Positions 33,185-42,919 of a DNA stretch of 64,000 bases are shown here, one piece after another. Source of the DNA: Candidatus Bathyarchaeota archaeon. GTDB taxonomy: Archaea > Thermoproteota > Bathyarchaeia > Bathyarchaeales > Bathycorpusculaceae. The notes under the pieces were generated by a model. The model did no database searches and was not told where the DNA came from. It saw nothing but the letters and a program-made list of their open reading frames with translations. The stretch spans positions 32,001-96,000 of the forward strand of contig CAWDYC010000005.1 of NCBI GenBank assembly GCA_963806535.1, read 5' to 3'. Positions within the stretch are counted from its first letter, which is position 1. Each line of letters begins with the position of its first letter. The translations under genes and the position numbers were made by a program.

Positions 33185-33858
33185 ACACTGAAAACCAACA
33201 AATCAATTTCCCTTTCCCTTTTTTTGGGACTAAAAAAAAGTCGAAGAAGAAATGGGGCTGATTAGGCTCTGGTTAAATTCACGAAATCGCGGTATTTATC
33301 GTGATAGCGCATTTGCATTTGCGTTTTTCTCCTTCAAAATTCCAGAACCTCAGCAAACCCTAAATTTCTTCAAGACTGTATACACATTTATTGAAGGTTG
33401 AACTGGTTTTTAGTTTGAAAATATGTATAGACTGTATTTCAACCCAACAAATTAACATCGGGCTCATAAAAGGAGCTTTAGTGGCTTCTATGTTTCCCAA
33501 AAGTATTGGCTGGAAGGGGCTAAAGCGTTTGTAGAAATGAAGTAGCGCTCGCTGTCAAGTAATAAGCTTAGTTTATGTTGATTAACAAAATCTGTTATTA
33601 GGGAGAGTCCGTTACTGTTGACTAAACTTTTGTTCAATTGTTAAAACAAATCCATCATTTATGGTGTCAAGCATCTTTACATCTAAACTGCAGCTTGACC
33701 CAATTTCTCTTTTAAAGACCATAGCCTCAAATATTTTCAATTTTTTTGCCCACCCATCCAAATTTAGTCGCTCACTTTACCCAAAAAAATTTTGGACAGG
33801 TGATTCCAAACTTGGTTACTTACTATATATGGGCATGAGCGCTCTTAAGGGTTCGCGT

Positions 33859-34287
33859 TTAGAAAAAGCAAAATACATCCAATTCTCTCGCCAGAACCGG
33901 TTGTTTCACGCACGAATACCTTAGGACATCCTTATTGAACAAGGGGCTGGAAATTATCATGTCTGCTGTTGCTCTGTTACAGGCAGTTGGAATATTGTAT
34001 AATACGGCCAATCTTAGAACAGCTTTGACATCAACATCATGAGGCTGAGATTCCAGAGGATCCCAAAAGAATATCAGAATATCGAGTTTCTTGTTGGCAA
34101 TCAACGCTCCAAGCTCCATATCTCCACCATAAGGTCCACTTTTCAGCAGATTTATTTGCAATCCTGTTTTTTCAATTATTTGTTGCCCAGTGGTTCCTGT
34201 TGCGTATAGGTAATATTGGGATAAGGTTCCTTTGTTGAAATCACACCATTCAACAATATCCTTTTTCTTGTTATCGTGAGCTACCAA
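33859..34287 (-). CDS. mgsA: Methylglyoxal synthase
   Basis: IALVAHDNKK, ATGTTG, SGPYGGD, FFWDPL..QPHDVDVKA; true start probably further upstream. Confidence 0.93.
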   Translation of the reverse strand: MVAHDNKKKDIVEWCDFNKGTLSQYYLYATGTTGQQIIEKTGLQINLLKSGPYGGDMELGALIANKKLDILIFFWDPLESQPHDVDVKAVLRLAVLYNIPTACNRATADMIISSPLFNKDVLRYSCVKQPVLARELDVFCFF

Positions 34288-34633
34288 CGCAATAGTCTTA
34301 ATCTTGGCTCTTTCCTGTTGTGTTTTAAACTTAATGAAGTATCTAATAAAAGCATAGACAAATTTTTCCGGTTTATTTATGGAATAAGTCAGCTCATTTG
34401 CCTAAATGAATTTGAAAGTGTTTTGTCTTATTCTTTACTGTTTAGCAAGCAAGCTATTTTGATCTAATTAGAAACTGCATGGTGTAACGAGGTTTTTTGG
34501 GTGACTAGCCTATATAGTTAACATTACATTAGTAAACTATTGTCGGGATAATTCAAGAAAGAGTACAACCTGCGCCTAGAAGAACAGACTTTTTCAAGAC
34601 AATTTCTGGCAAACAACTTCATGAGGGGAATAT

Positions 34634-35290
34634 TTGAATCAAAAAAAGCCAACGATAATGGAGCATCTTGCGTTTCTTTCAGTGAAACAAGGGATTTACC
34701 TTGCAGAACTTTACGAAGCAATGGTTGCAGCCAGAGAAAAAGGAAAAATCAAATGCCAAAATCTACTGGTTGAATACCGCTGCAGCATAAAAGACGAAGC
34801 CATATTTCTAATTACCAAAGACAGCAAAGTTGTACTGCAGTTTCGAGTTGAAGAAGAACTTCTCCAGAAAAAAGACATCTGTTTCGAACACTGGATGGAC
34901 ACCGACAAAGTACGCAAACAAATGAATAGACAAAGTTTCTCGCCTAAAGCATCTGTTTTAGTTCAAGATCTGCGGCATGGAATGAAAAAAGTTAATCTGG
35001 AAGCTAAAGTTCTCGAGATTCCAACACCCTCAACAGTCCAAACAAGGTACGGAAACAGCGCCAAAGTAACTAATGCTTGGATAGAGGATGAAACAGGAAA
35101 AGTAAAGCTTTGTCTTTGGAATGAACAAGCAGAACTCTTTAGCGTCGGCGACACTGTACAGATTAAGAATGCTTCAGTTTCCACATTTAAAGGTGAAAGA
35201 CAACTTCGCCTTGGAAAAAATGGAACCGCCACTGTGCTCCAAAACTCTGTCATGCTGAAAGAAAGCAGAGACAAGCGGTCGCAAAAATAG
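34634..35290 (+). CDS. SSB/RPA-type OB-fold protein with N-terminal extension
   Basis: DLRHGMKKVN, DETGKVKLCLWN, FKGE.QL.LG. Confidence 0.8.
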   Translation: MNQKKPTIMEHLAFLSVKQGIYLAELYEAMVAAREKGKIKCQNLLVEYRCSIKDEAIFLITKDSKVVLQFRVEEELLQKKDICFEHWMDTDKVRKQMNRQSFSPKASVLVQDLRHGMKKVNLEAKVLEIPTPSTVQTRYGNSAKVTNAWIEDETGKVKLCLWNEQAELFSVGDTVQIKNASVSTFKGERQLRLGKNGTATVLQNSVMLKESRDKRSQK

Positions 35291-35329
35291 AATCTACGCC
35301 TAACTTAATTGGCTCAGAAAAACACTGTT

Positions 35330-35560
35330 TTAAATTGCGTTTGGCTGTTTAATCCATACTTTCACGTTGTTCTGTATTTTTATTCTTGCCTCTGTCTGCA
35401 TCAGTCTGATTTGCGTTTGAATTAATCTGTCATCGGTTGTGTTGAACTCTTTCTTTAATGCGTCTTCCAGCTTGGGCAAATTAATGTGTTCAGCCGAGCC
35501 AACTATATTCCAGAAGTACTTTTGGACTTTTTCTCTTTTTCTTAGTGCTTCTTTTTCCAA
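35330..35560 (-). CDS. Hypothetical protein
   Basis: 76 aa ORF downstream of the methyltransferase. Confidence 0.55.
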   Translation of the reverse strand: MEKEALRKREKVQKYFWNIVGSAEHINLPKLEDALKKEFNTTDDRLIQTQIRLMQTEARIKIQNNVKVWIKQPNAI

Positions 35561-36204
35561 ATTGGTATCCTATCCCTTAAGCCAGAATTGCAATACTGCC
35601 CTAAAAGAACCCGAAACCCGCTTTCTCTATCAAGAATTGAGCAGTTACCAAAAGTTTCACTAAAAAGGGCAGGCAACGCTTTTGCGCCGATTTTGGACCG
35701 AATAACCATTTGGAAAGTGGCTTTGTCCGCCATGACTTTTGGGGCTTGAGTCACTATTGCTTTCACTGTTTCCATACCTGCACTAACAGGTGGATTTGAA
35801 AGAATACATTCAAACTTTAAATCTTCAACTGGCTCATAAAAATGGCCATAACGCACTTCAGCATTGGTTATCTTGTTTAATGGCAGGTTTTTTCTTGCCA
35901 GGCGCACAGCTCTCACGTTCACATCTGTCATGATTACGCGAAGCTTCGGGTTTAATGCAGCTGCAACTATGCCAACAGCGCCATATCCACAGCCGATGTC
36001 AAGGATGCATCCTGTTTTCGGCAAAATCATCGATTCAATCAGTAATCTGGTGCCCAAATCAATTCGTCTCTTCGAAAAAACGCTTGACGCAGTCAAAAAC
36101 TCGAAGTTTCTGCCGCAGAGAGTTGTTCGAACTAAACCGAACCTCTCTTTAGACTTGGGCTCAGCCACAAAATAATGCTCTGTGTTATCGTTGTTCGGGT
36201 TCAT
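35542..36204 (-). CDS. RsmC-like (MTS) methyltransferase
   Basis: EHYF, VFS...IDLGTRLL, LDIGCGYG, SNPP..AG. Confidence 0.88.
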   Translation of the reverse strand: MNPNNDNTEHYFVAEPKSKERFGLVRTTLCGRNFEFLTASSVFSKRRIDLGTRLLIESMILPKTGCILDIGCGYGAVGIVAAALNPKLRVIMTDVNVRAVRLARKNLPLNKITNAEVRYGHFYEPVEDLKFECILSNPPVSAGMETVKAIVTQAPKVMADKATFQMVIRSKIGAKALPALFSETFGNCSILDRESGFRVLLGQYCNSGLRDRIPIWKKKH

Positions 36205-37210
36205 TTGCTTTACCGCTTTTCCAAACCTTCGGATAAGTGCCCCTTGGCATTAGAACTCTCTCCAAGCCAGCAACAACGCCATGCTTCAAATCCATAATTT
36301 CCTGAGTCGACACCAACGCTTTTCCCAAAGCCACTGCTTCACCCTTCAACGTGAAAATCGCTAAAATCGAACCCTTCTCAAAACCGCTTTCAACCTGACA
36401 CACACCAGGAGCAGTCAAGTTCGCACCATGGCAAAGGGCATCAACAGCTGAGTCGCGAACAACAATTTTCGGCAACAAAACCAACGCTTCTTCCATGGGA
36501 ACAATGAATTTGTGCAGGATTGCTTCATCCTTTTTCTGTTCCCACTCGCCAAACCAATAAGCTACATCATGCAGGGTGACTTTTGTGGTGCTGTTTTCAG
36601 TGAATGATCCTGATCGGGTTCTGCGGAGTTCTTGCATGTGTGCGCCGACGCCTAAGATTTCGCCTATGTCAAAGCATAGTTTGCGTATGTACGTTCCTGC
36701 TTCGCAGCCGACTTTGAAGAGAACATTGCGTCCACTGTATTCCAAGTAATCGATGTAGTATATGCGTCGGGTTCTTAGTTGCCGCTTAACTGAAGAACGC
36801 AATGGGGGACGCTGATAAATTTCATCCTCAAACTCACTTAAAACCCTCTTAATTTCCTCTTCGTTACTATCTGCATGAAGCTTCATTACACAAACGTATT
36901 CTTTGCCGCTGTAAAGAAACGCCTGAACAACCTTGGTTGAATCCTCTAATGTGATGGGTAAAACACCTGTAACTTTTGGATCTAAGGTTCCTCCATGTCC
37001 GATGGCGCTGACATGCATGATTTTTTTTACCCATGCCGCAACTTCGTGGCTTGTTGGACCAGCAGGCTTGTCAAGATTTATTGTGCCGTATTGAATGTAT
37101 TCTTTTGCTGGTCTTTCAGAGGGTCGATGTCCATATTTGGGGTCAGTCGTGTCCTCTGCTTTCGTCAACATTTCACGTTTGATTTCCCACGGCGGGGTAG
37201 ATCGAGCCAT
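36185..37210 (-). CDS. cbf5: H/ACA RNA-guided pseudouridine synthase Cbf5
   Basis: LDKPAGPTSHEV, GHGGTLDPKVTGVL, AGTYIRKLC, PUA domain. Confidence 0.95.
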   Translation of the reverse strand: MARSTPPWEIKREMLTKAEDTTDPKYGHRPSERPAKEYIQYGTINLDKPAGPTSHEVAAWVKKIMHVSAIGHGGTLDPKVTGVLPITLEDSTKVVQAFLYSGKEYVCVMKLHADSNEEEIKRVLSEFEDEIYQRPPLRSSVKRQLRTRRIYYIDYLEYSGRNVLFKVGCEAGTYIRKLCFDIGEILGVGAHMQELRRTRSGSFTENSTTKVTLHDVAYWFGEWEQKKDEAILHKFIVPMEEALVLLPKIVVRDSAVDALCHGANLTAPGVCQVESGFEKGSILAIFTLKGEAVALGKALVSTQEIMDLKHGVVAGLERVLMPRGTYPKVWKSGKANEPEQR

Positions 37211-37272
37211 CTTGCGTATTTTCTCTCCTAATTAAATGTAAGAAAAAGAAATTAGAGGTATTAAAGCTTAAA

Positions 37273-37551
37273 CTATGCAGTTTTAACAGGTTGCGTCATT
37301 TCTTGCAGTTTACCTGCAGACTCTAAGACAGAAGCAACTTCCTCATCTGACGCGCCACGTTTAACATCAACTTTATCCTGCAGAGGCATAACATGGTTTA
37401 TGTTGACTCGTCTCCGCTTGATTCCAGTGACTTTTTTTGGGCCTGTCACTAAAACAAAGCTTTTGTCCATAACATCTATGACGACGCATTTTTTGCCAAT
37501 CTCTCGGCCAGCTTGTTTTACGCATACTCTGCCAACTTCTATAGCGGGCAT
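37273..37551 (-). CDS. rpl14e: 50S ribosomal protein L14e
   Basis: IEVGRVCVK.AGRE.GKKCVV...TGPK...G.KRRRVN. Confidence 0.95.
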   Translation of the reverse strand: MPAIEVGRVCVKQAGREIGKKCVVIDVMDKSFVLVTGPKKVTGIKRRRVNINHVMPLQDKVDVKRGASDEEVASVLESAGKLQEMTQPVKTA

Positions 37552-37751
37552 CTTTTTTTGTCTCCTTAAAAACAGAATACATCAATCGGCAAATATAAGC
37601 ATAACATATTTTCACGCGAGAAAAATCCAAGCAAAAAATCTATGACACATTAATTTGATGTTGGCACATATTGGCTACAAGCAAGAAAATAGAGAAGCCA
37701 AACGGATGCAAAAAACTTAAACAATACAGTGTTGACTGTATCGGTGCTGGT

Positions 37752-37874
37752 GCCGGGGTATCCGAGCCAGGTCTAAATAGGTGGCCAGATAAAAATTTAC
37801 ACCTAAGATATGGAGGAGGACTTAAGATCCTCTGGCGCAGGCCTTCGTGGGTTCAAGTCCCACCCCCGGCACCA
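37752..37874 (+). tRNA. tRNA-Leu(TAA) with 35-nt D-arm intron (about 37777-37811)
   Basis: GCCGGGG/CCCCGGC, GAGGA-CTTAAGA-TCCTC, variable arm, GGTTCAAGTCC, ACCA; intron helix TAGGTG/CACCTA. Confidence 0.9.
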
Positions 37875-38101
37875 CTATGTTGAAAACCACTGTTTATTTC
37901 GCAGTTGTTTCCTTGATGTTTGCTTTGAAAGATATTTTCGAAGAGCGAAAGGATAGCAATGAAAATAAGAGGTTTTGTTTGATGGGTCTGATAGGCTTGG
38001 ACGTATATTTTTTACAATTTTTGGATAAGTAGATTTTCTGTCAAGCTATTGTATTTTGGTGAAACATATTATTAGGCGAAGAATAAACATTTTAAGAGAG
38101 A

Positions 38102-39454
38102 TTGAAAATACTGGGAAAGAATAGACAGGAAGGCCAAAAAAGGGGAGAGCAGTTAATTTCAAGGAATTCCTTTTTAAAAGTAGTTTTCTTCATTATTGTG
38201 CTGTTTTTAGCTTCAACTATTGTAGGGGCAACGATTTTCTCCGCCCCTAATAGCTCAAGCAATCACTATTTGCTATCACCTACGCCGTCTCGAGCCTTGA
38301 ACTTGCCACTTACAGCCAGCCCAATTGAAAAACCGACAAATATGCCAACGTTACCGCAATCAACTCCTAGCTCAGAATCAAATCCAATGCCTCTTCCTAC
38401 ATCAATCATCAATCCAACATTTTCGCCCTCACCTATTGACTCGCCAATTCCGACTCCAAGCTCTACTCCAACACCAACTCCTACGCCTACATCAACTCCA
38501 ACTTCGTCACCCACACCAACACCCAGCCCAAATCCAACAGCGACTCCTACGCTCAGCCCGTCGCCAACTCCTAGCCCAACACTCACTCCCACTCCGGAAC
38601 CGACCGTAACACCAACACCATCTCCAACTCCTTCACCAACTCCCAAACCAACGCCGACTCCAACCCCAACAGCAACCCCTACTCCTACACCTATTCCATC
38701 ACCAATACCAACGCCAATATTCTACGATGGCTTTGACAATTCAAGCACCCTATCAACTTGGAGCGACATTGCAAAAATTGATGATAGCGGCGGTTCACTT
38801 ACAGTTATCAATTCAGACTACAACACCGCGCCTAATTGCCTCGACAGTACACTTTACTCAAAAGATAACCAGCCAAATTATTATGACGTCTACACTATCT
38901 TTCCAACAGCATATAGAGCACTCTACTACAGCGAATCTGTTAAATCGATCAATTTTGTAAGCTCAGATCTGACTGGAGAATGGAATAGCGCAGTTGCAGT
39001 TGGCGGATTTGAATGTGGACCACAAGCAATCTACGCTAGCGCAGAAATTGTTGCCGTAACCCTTCCGAACGGTAGCTATTGGGGAATAATGTATCCAGTG
39101 GAACCTTTTAGAGTTTGGCAGTACGCTGTAAGCAGTATTCCAGTTGTTGATGGACAATGGATTAATTTTGTATTATACTTTGATTCAGGGAGAACGGGCC
39201 TGGATGGAAGTGTCACTCTTTGGACGGAAAACTCTCAGGGCATAATGACAATGGGTACTTCGGTTTACGGTTTTAATTCTACCTTGGACTACCAGTCAAC
39301 AGGAGTCTGGGCTGGACAATATATAGCAAACGGGCAAAATACAGGTGCACCCACTGAATTTCATGAAGATACAATTCAAGCCTCAACAAACTTTCCAATA
39401 GATATTGCTCCTCCCGCCATACAGGTTTATACAACCTATGCCGAGTCAACATGA
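38102..39454 (+). CDS. Membrane-anchored extracellular protein with Pro/Thr/Ser stalk and beta-rich domain
   Basis: N-terminal TM, long (PT/PS)n linker, then FYDGFD domain. Confidence 0.75.
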   Translation: MKILGKNRQEGQKRGEQLISRNSFLKVVFFIIVLFLASTIVGATIFSAPNSSSNHYLLSPTPSRALNLPLTASPIEKPTNMPTLPQSTPSSESNPMPLPTSIINPTFSPSPIDSPIPTPSSTPTPTPTPTSTPTSSPTPTPSPNPTATPTLSPSPTPSPTLTPTPEPTVTPTPSPTPSPTPKPTPTPTPTATPTPTPIPSPIPTPIFYDGFDNSSTLSTWSDIAKIDDSGGSLTVINSDYNTAPNCLDSTLYSKDNQPNYYDVYTIFPTAYRALYYSESVKSINFVSSDLTGEWNSAVAVGGFECGPQAIYASAEIVAVTLPNGSYWGIMYPVEPFRVWQYAVSSIPVVDGQWINFVLYFDSGRTGLDGSVTLWTENSQGIMTMGTSVYGFNSTLDYQSTGVWAGQYIANGQNTGAPTEFHEDTIQASTNFPIDIAPPAIQVYTTYAEST

Positions 39455-39571
39455 AAGTTTGTTTGAAAACATCCCTTTTTTAGTTTGCTTGTAGGTTTGT
39501 TTTATGATGTCAAAAAAAGGGAAAGAAGTTACGGAGAAACGAAGTAGCGATAACATCACCAAGAGCTTGGA

Positions 39572-39588
39572 GTTCAAGTCCCACGGCA
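39572..39588 (+). repeat. Degenerate att-like copy of the tRNA-Leu 3' end
   Basis: GTTCAAGTCCCAC identical to 37851-37863, then GGCA after a 4-C deletion. Confidence 0.55.
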
Positions 39589-39639
39589 AGCAAACACTTT
39601 TGTCAATAATTTTTTATCTTAAAGTAACCAATAACTTGC

Positions 39640-40113
39640 ATGGATAAAGAAGAGAATTCGGTAGTTATCAAAGAAGTTGATGCAGAAACCTTTGATGATT
39701 TTTTGGGTTTAATTGATAAACTTGCTGAGTATGAGAAACTGGCTCCACCTGATGAAGAAGCGAAAAGAAGGTTGCGGAGGGACTGTTTGTCTGACAAGCC
39801 TAAGTATAGAGCATTTATTGGGAAAGTTGGCGATAAATATGTTTCTTACGTCATTTTTTTCTTTACTTATTCAAGTTTTCTTGCTTTGCCAACTCTATTT
39901 CTCGAAGATATTTTTGTTCTCGAAGAGTACAGAAGACAAGGGGTAGGCAAAAAAATGTTTGACTTCTTGAAAGAAACAGCTAAACGTGAAGGATGTGGCA
40001 GGATAGAATTTACCGTTTTGAAATGGAACAAGTTAGCGCAAGAATTCTATGAAAAGAACGGCGCCCAACGTTTAGAGTGGTATTTGTATCGGGTGGCAAA
40101 GAAAGATTTTTAG
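39640..40113 (+). CDS. GNAT acetyltransferase (SSAT-like)
   Basis: LAEYEKL, YSSF, LEDIFV..EYRRQGVGK, WN..A..FY. Confidence 0.9.
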   Translation: MDKEENSVVIKEVDAETFDDFLGLIDKLAEYEKLAPPDEEAKRRLRRDCLSDKPKYRAFIGKVGDKYVSYVIFFFTYSSFLALPTLFLEDIFVLEEYRRQGVGKKMFDFLKETAKREGCGRIEFTVLKWNKLAQEFYEKNGAQRLEWYLYRVAKKDF

Positions 40114-40994
40114 TTTGATCCCCATGAGGGCTGGGTTGCTTTTCTCTGCAGAAATGTGATTACTGAATCTACGAGGGCTTCACAAGCAAACCATCTTTCT
40201 TCCAAGGAACCATCCGTCTCCAAGTTCTGGAATAGTTTCTTGAACTTTTTTATCTGCTCCACCACTGGCTCCCGTCTTCTTTCGTATTCCTCTCGAAGTT
40301 TCTTTTGCCTGGCATTAAAATCCAGTACAACTAATTCAAATTCCCTTTGTTTATTGTCTAATTCCTGCTCTATCTCGATTTCTTTCTGTTCCCTATCCTT
40401 TCTGGAAATACCTCGGAAAAATCCTGTTTTCATTTGAATGACCTTTTCCTGCTCTTTTTTCAGGCTATCTATGATTCTGTATAGGCGTTTGACTTCACGG
40501 TTTTTTCGAGTTTTAATTGCCCTCATCATAGTTACATATTCAGTGTCGATTTGTTCAAGGCTTTTTCTGGAGTCTGATAGATTTCTTATTTCTTGTTCAA
40601 GTGAAGCTTCATTGCGGCGTCTATCTTCAAGTTGCTGCTTAATAATGGAGAGTGTTTGTGAGCGCTCCCTTACAAATTGATCATCTACACTTATGTTAGG
40701 ATGAGATTCAAACTCGCTTAGAACAATCGTTACATCTGTCAGCCAACGATCGAAATGCTGGCTGAACGGCGAAGAACCAAACTTCTGGTTGCCCAGAGTA
40801 TGCAGTCGCTTGAGGGTTCCTTCTGAAATCTCTTTTTCAGTTGCAGTAGGCTTTTCTTCCCGACTTGGTCTGCCAACACGTCTGTGAATGCGTTTTCTAT
40901 CTTTGCCTTTTTCGCGAAGAGGCTTCCTGTACTCGTGAATCGCGCGTCTAGGCGACTTGGCGTGAGGTTGGTATCCCATAACAAAACGTATCAC
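40110..40994 (-). CDS. Coiled-coil hypothetical protein
   Basis: 294 aa, K/E/R-rich heptads. Confidence 0.75.
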   Translation of the reverse strand: MIRFVMGYQPHAKSPRRAIHEYRKPLREKGKDRKRIHRRVGRPSREEKPTATEKEISEGTLKRLHTLGNQKFGSSPFSQHFDRWLTDVTIVLSEFESHPNISVDDQFVRERSQTLSIIKQQLEDRRRNEASLEQEIRNLSDSRKSLEQIDTEYVTMMRAIKTRKNREVKRLYRIIDSLKKEQEKVIQMKTGFFRGISRKDREQKEIEIEQELDNKQREFELVVLDFNARQKKLREEYERRREPVVEQIKKFKKLFQNLETDGSLEERWFACEALVDSVITFLQRKATQPSWGSN

Positions 40995-41090
40995 TCTTGA
41001 AGTATTTAGTTTGTGCTTAAATTGCTCTTAACAAATAAAAAAGTTAAAGCGGGTGAACTGTTAAGGAATATCACAATTTACCTTATTTTC

Positions 41091-41187
41091 TCAGGTTTGC
41101 GCAGGTGTACGTGCTTGTGCTTCCTTTTACGTGCTTGTACATTGGTTTGCTTCTGTGTACGCAGCCTGCAAAGAATTCAAACCCTGA
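41091..41187. ncRNA. Candidate structured RNA with internal repeats
   Basis: TCAGGTTTG/CAAACCCTGA and GCAGG/CCTGC stems enclose TACGTGCTTGT x2 and TGCTT x4. Confidence 0.35.
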
Positions 41188-41259
41188 AACAAAAAAGCAA
41201 ACCAAAACACAAACAACAAAATTTGGTCGATTAATCTGAAGTGTTTTTTTTTATCCAAC

Positions 41260-42693
41260 TTAAACCTCAGCATACCGCGGCTTTTCATCAACACTTCGAG
41301 GTCGCCGTGGCCAAAAAAATGCACTGGCAAAAAGCACAATAAATGAAATAAAAATCAACATAAACAATGTATCATAAGCCTGCCCAACGGTGGTTTTCCA
41401 AAAGAAACACTGGAAATAATCATTTGCGTAAGCACCTGGACCGGGCCAACTCCATCCTCCTCCTTTTGCGCTAGACTGCCACCAAACTGGTCCACTTACA
41501 ATTAGGTCAAGTTGCCAAAGACTAAAGAAAAGCATCCCCATAGCCACCATTACCCCTGCAAGGTTAAGGACGGCGCTTGTCTTGACAAGATTGCCCCAAG
41601 ATCTCTTGAAACGTTCAGGAAATGTCTGGCGGACACATTCCTTCGCCCCAAATTTGGGCTTGCGAGTAAGTTTATTATTTAAGTAGCCCATAGCAGACAT
41701 TCTTGCAGTCTCAAACACTCCGTAAACAAAAACTGCCGTTCCTGACAGAAGCATCCCGAAGCCAGCATAATTCATTGTTGTATCTTTTGCGTAGGAACTA
41801 GCTATTAAGGATCCGTTAATTACCAGCATTGCACCAATGCCGATCGCCCATATGCTGCCCAATATGACGCTTGGTCTGTATCCACCTTCACATTCTTCAT
41901 CTATATCCAAACGGTTTTTTAGCGTAGAAACAACTGTTCCTGAAATTCCTATGCTTAAAACAGCAATACCGGAAAGTAGCATTCCAAACCCTGCATAATT
42001 CATCACCGATTGCTTAGTGTACGCACCGGCTAAAATAGAGCCAATTACGAAAAGAACTACTCCAATGCCCATCGATAAGATGCTAAAATAAAGAATCCTC
42101 GGTTTATCAACCTTGATGCCAGATCTTTTTTTATTCTGGTCCAATTCGATTTTCAGGATACCTAATGCCGTTCCAAATGCGCCAAGCACACAGATGCATA
42201 TTCCCGTCAACAGCATTGCGAATCCGGTGGTGTTTGTAACTGTGTTTTTGGCGTAAGTACCGGTTATTATTGAGCCGATTATGGCTAGAATTATGCCGAT
42301 GCCAATTGCCCATATGCTGGGTGACAGCATTTTGGGTTTGGTAACTTTGCTTTTTGTAGGGGCTTCTTCGATGAGACGGGTGACTAAAGTTGAATTTGCC
42401 GATGCACTTATGCCCAAAACGAAAATGGATATTCCCACCGTTAACATGGCAAAGCCCGCATAATTTGTGATTGTGGCTTTGTCGTAAGAACTCGATATTA
42501 CTGACCCAATAATTGCTACAACTAGACCAATAGCTATTATAGTTGTTTTGCTGCTGTGAGGTTCCCGATGTTTCTGACGGTTTACAGGGCGTTTATGTCT
42601 GTGATTCTGCTGTGGCTTTTGGCTTTCTTTCGGCTCAGGATTTTCTGACAAATTCATCCCCCTCACTAGCTTATTTTTGTTTCTGCAAACCAA
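41260..42693 (-). CDS. Membrane protein with four internal 2-TM repeats
   Basis: Unit IG.....IGS.I...Y.K....N..GF.ML..G repeated four times. Confidence 0.75.
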   Translation of the reverse strand: MVCRNKNKLVRGMNLSENPEPKESQKPQQNHRHKRPVNRQKHREPHSSKTTIIAIGLVVAIIGSVISSSYDKATITNYAGFAMLTVGISIFVLGISASANSTLVTRLIEEAPTKSKVTKPKMLSPSIWAIGIGIILAIIGSIITGTYAKNTVTNTTGFAMLLTGICICVLGAFGTALGILKIELDQNKKRSGIKVDKPRILYFSILSMGIGVVLFVIGSILAGAYTKQSVMNYAGFGMLLSGIAVLSIGISGTVVSTLKNRLDIDEECEGGYRPSVILGSIWAIGIGAMLVINGSLIASSYAKDTTMNYAGFGMLLSGTAVFVYGVFETARMSAMGYLNNKLTRKPKFGAKECVRQTFPERFKRSWGNLVKTSAVLNLAGVMVAMGMLFFSLWQLDLIVSGPVWWQSSAKGGGWSWPGPGAYANDYFQCFFWKTTVGQAYDTLFMLIFISFIVLFASAFFWPRRPRSVDEKPRYAEV

Positions 42694-42919
42694 GAGAATA
42701 TTATTATTGTGTTCTCTTGCCTATAACATTTGGCTCTGTATTTTATATTGAGTCTGAACGGTTAAAGAAGACAGTTGCCATCAAAGATCTCCTTAAATCT
42801 ACTAACGTTCAAAGCGTGTTTAATTTCCAAAACGAAAAAAACTATATTTCCTATGCGTCGCATGTCAGCAGTTAACACTTGAACAAGCTAATCGAACATG
42901 GTTAAGAATTTGTAATATT

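Noticed and set aside
33240-33850. Possible int(C) or attR for the tRNA-Pro element
   Set aside because: No tRNA-Pro repeat or recombinase motifs found by eye
38266-38646. GV-rich antisense ORF
   Set aside because: Mirror of the PT linker
38440-38720. Repetitive CCAAC-rich tract as a CRISPR array or DNA tandem repeat
   Set aside because: It encodes a degenerate Pro/Thr linker; there is no repeat-spacer structure. No CRISPR array was seen anywhere in the window
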